Source of the DNA: a virus
Lineage: Duplodnaviria; Caudoviricetes
Strand: one strand, 5' to 3'
IMG/VR virus record: IMGVR_UViG_3300030095_002537
Span: 1-27,593 of that record
Length of the DNA: 27,593 nt
In this document: positions 26,031 through 27,593 of the stretch, piece by piece
Layout of the letters: every line of letters starts with the position of its first letter
Position numbering within the stretch: the first letter of the stretch is position 1
Notes under the pieces: model-generated
What the model saw: only the letters and a program-made list of their open reading frames with translations
What the model was told of the DNA's origin: nothing
Database searches by the model: none
Position numbers and translations under genes: made by a program

Positions 26031-27592
26031 TAGTTAAATTGTATGTTTCCTGTTCCTGCGTTTGTAAATGTTGTTACTTTGTCTGTTCCTACAGTTGTAG
26101 TTGTACCAGATAGTCCAGAAATTGTATAAGCATTAGAATAACGTAATATTACTATACCAGAGCCTCCTGAAGCACCAATAGTACCAGCGCCATAATTACC
26201 TGTTCCACCACCACCACCACCTGTATTTACAGTTCCAGGTGTTCCAGCATTTCCGCCACTAGTTCCATTTCCAGAAAATCCAGCGCCACCACCATTAGTT
26301 GCTGAACCGGCTGTACCATTATATGTTCCACCGCCACCACCGCCAGCAACGCTTAGAGGTTGCCCTGTAATGCTATTAGCATTAATATATGCTATTCCAG
26401 CACCACCATTACCAGATTGACCACCTCCTTGTGTACCAGCGCTTGTAAATCCACCGCCACCACCTCCGGAGTATGGTGCTGAATATGCTCCATGACCACC
26501 TCCGTCATTACCTTGTGATGGAGATACATTAGGTGTGTTTCCAGAACCTCCTGATGTTCCTGATTGATGTTGAGTTCCAGCACCACCACCAGATCCTCCA
26601 TCGGCACCAGAAAAAGTATGCTCAGCACCACCACCACCTCCAGCAGAAGTTATTGTACCAAATACAGAATTTGAGCCAGAACCAGATACCCCAGATCCAG
26701 TACCTACACCACCAGCTCCTACTGTTAATGTGTAATTTACAGCTTGAGTTAAAACTAAAGCTGTGCCTCCATAGTTTGTTCTTAAACCACCTGCTCCACC
26801 GCCACCTGCTTGACCAGCGCCCCCGCCTGCTCCACCACCTGCAATAACTAAGTAGCTTACTGATAAAGTTTGTGGAACTAAACTAACGTCTTGAGATGTC
26901 CATCCTTGAGTTGAATCTTGGTATAATAAATATACTGTGGCATTTTCAGTAGTACATTCACCGTCTATAGTAGTTGAACCTTGTATTGCTTCAGATCCAT
27001 TTGAACTTATAATTAGTTTATTAGTATCAAATGTACCTGCATAATCTTGCACTGCAACAATATTACCTGGAACACCTGCTGGTAAATTTATTGTAACTTC
27101 ACCAGCTGTTGTATTAACTATATAACCGCGACCTGGATTAGCTGAAAATGTTGCTGTTTTAATGTTTGTATCCCAATCAATGCCACCACCTAAAGTGTTA
27201 GCTATGGTAAAGTTATTAGGTGAATTTGTAGTTACATTAATTCCAGTACCACCTGTTAAAGTAGCAGGAGCTAAAGTACCACCTGAATTTAAAAATCCTA
27301 CAGATCTAATCTCTATTATAACCCCACTAGGTGGCGCTGTAGCAAATGTGACTGTATTAGTTGATAATGTAAGAGTACTTACATTTTGATATAAACCGTT
27401 TAAATATACTTCAATAGCATTTAAATCAACTGGTGTTATACCTAGAGCATATGCTGTTGTTGATCCATCTCCTGTAAAAGTATCTGTATACAAAGCATTA
27501 GTCGATGCCGATATAGCACCTAATACCATTACTTCTATATTGTAACCACTTTGAGGTGCTGTTGCAAAAGTTAATGTAGTTCCTGATATGCT
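26030..27592 (-). CDS. Glycine-rich tail fibre/adhesin (paralog 1), 5'-truncated by the window edge
   Basis: The frame is open upstream of the listed Met at 27529 (SISGTTLTFATAPQSGYNIEV-MVLG), which repeats the downstream unit TVTFATAPPSGVIIEI. The true start is therefore outside the window. It has the same middle module and Gly-rich C-terminus as paralog 2. Confidence 0.78.
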   Translation of the reverse strand, partial: SISGTTLTFATAPQSGYNIEVMVLGAISASTNALYTDTFTGDGSTTAYALGITPVDLNAIEVYLNGLYQNVSTLTLSTNTVTFATAPPSGVIIEIRSVGFLNSGGTLAPATLTGGTGINVTTNSPNNFTIANTLGGGIDWDTNIKTATFSANPGRGYIVNTTAGEVTINLPAGVPGNIVAVQDYAGTFDTNKLIISSNGSEAIQGSTTIDGECTTENATVYLLYQDSTQGWTSQDVSLVPQTLSVSYLVIAGGGAGGGAGQAGGGGAGGLRTNYGGTALVLTQAVNYTLTVGAGGVGTGSGVSGSGSNSVFGTITSAGGGGGAEHTFSGADGGSGGGAGTQHQSGTSGGSGNTPNVSPSQGNDGGGHGAYSAPYSGGGGGGFTSAGTQGGGQSGNGGAGIAYINANSITGQPLSVAGGGGGGTYNGTAGSATNGGGAGFSGNGTSGGNAGTPGTVNTGGGGGGTGNYGAGTIGASGGSGIVILRYSNAYTISGLSGTTTTVGTDKVTTFTNAGTGNIQFN

Positions 27593-27593
27593 A

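Noticed and set aside
23180-26160. Diversity-generating retroelement (TR/VR) among the similar fibre 3' ends
   Set aside because: Differences between copies are mostly synonymous and involve all bases rather than adenines only. All copies are coding, and no reverse transcriptase is in the window.
23290-26637. Val-rich alternative-frame minus-strand ORFs (23290..23505, 23530..23781, 25148..25378, 26392..26637)
   Set aside because: GGT/GGA glycine runs read as GTG/GAG in +1 and contain few Leu/Ile/Val codons that could create stops. Their openness is a compositional artefact, unlike the terL case.
512-27389. All short plus-strand ORFs in the track
   Set aside because: They are antisense shadows of long minus-strand genes, with no motifs or independent codon signal. 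16722..17018 is explained by the GC-rich dual-coded block.
27527-27529. Listed Met start of the 499-aa ORF
   Set aside because: The frame stays open to the window edge and continues a repeat unit, so this Met is internal.
1-27593. Stop-codon reassignment as in some crAss-like phages
   Set aside because: Genes are full length and tightly packed under the standard code. TAG (8529, 9310) and TGA (17980, 19141) act as normal stops.
1-27593. tRNA, rRNA, CRISPR array, integrase or IS element
   Set aside because: Intergenic gaps are at most about 65 nt. No such structures, spaced direct repeats or recombinase motifs were seen.

Overview
This AT-rich 27.6 kb window is the virion-morphogenesis arm of a tailed dsDNA phage with crAss-like (Crassvirales-related, podovirus-type) organisation. 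A Bacteroidota/Flavobacteria host is inferred from gene order and from A/T-rich start contexts lacking Shine-Dalgarno motifs. All credible genes are on the minus strand. Right to left they are: glycine-rich and LamG receptor-binding proteins; a lysis cassette (holin-like protein, an unannotated 51-aa membrane peptide, M15 peptidase); a GroES-like protein; terminase large subunit; portal; acidic scaffold-like protein; major capsid protein; three head/neck proteins; a tail stabilisation protein that appears split in two; a GNAT-fold protein; and two probable ejection proteins. The most striking signal is a hidden layer of overprinted +1-frame ORFs that coincide with sharp local shifts to G/C-ending codons. 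A 236-aa lipoprotein-like ORF and a 67-aa ORF lie inside terminase. A 44-aa basic peptide (MPFKSEKQRRYLWANEPEIARKW...) lies inside the scaffold gene and is absent from the ORF track. All family assignments come from motif recognition and synteny, not from database searches.
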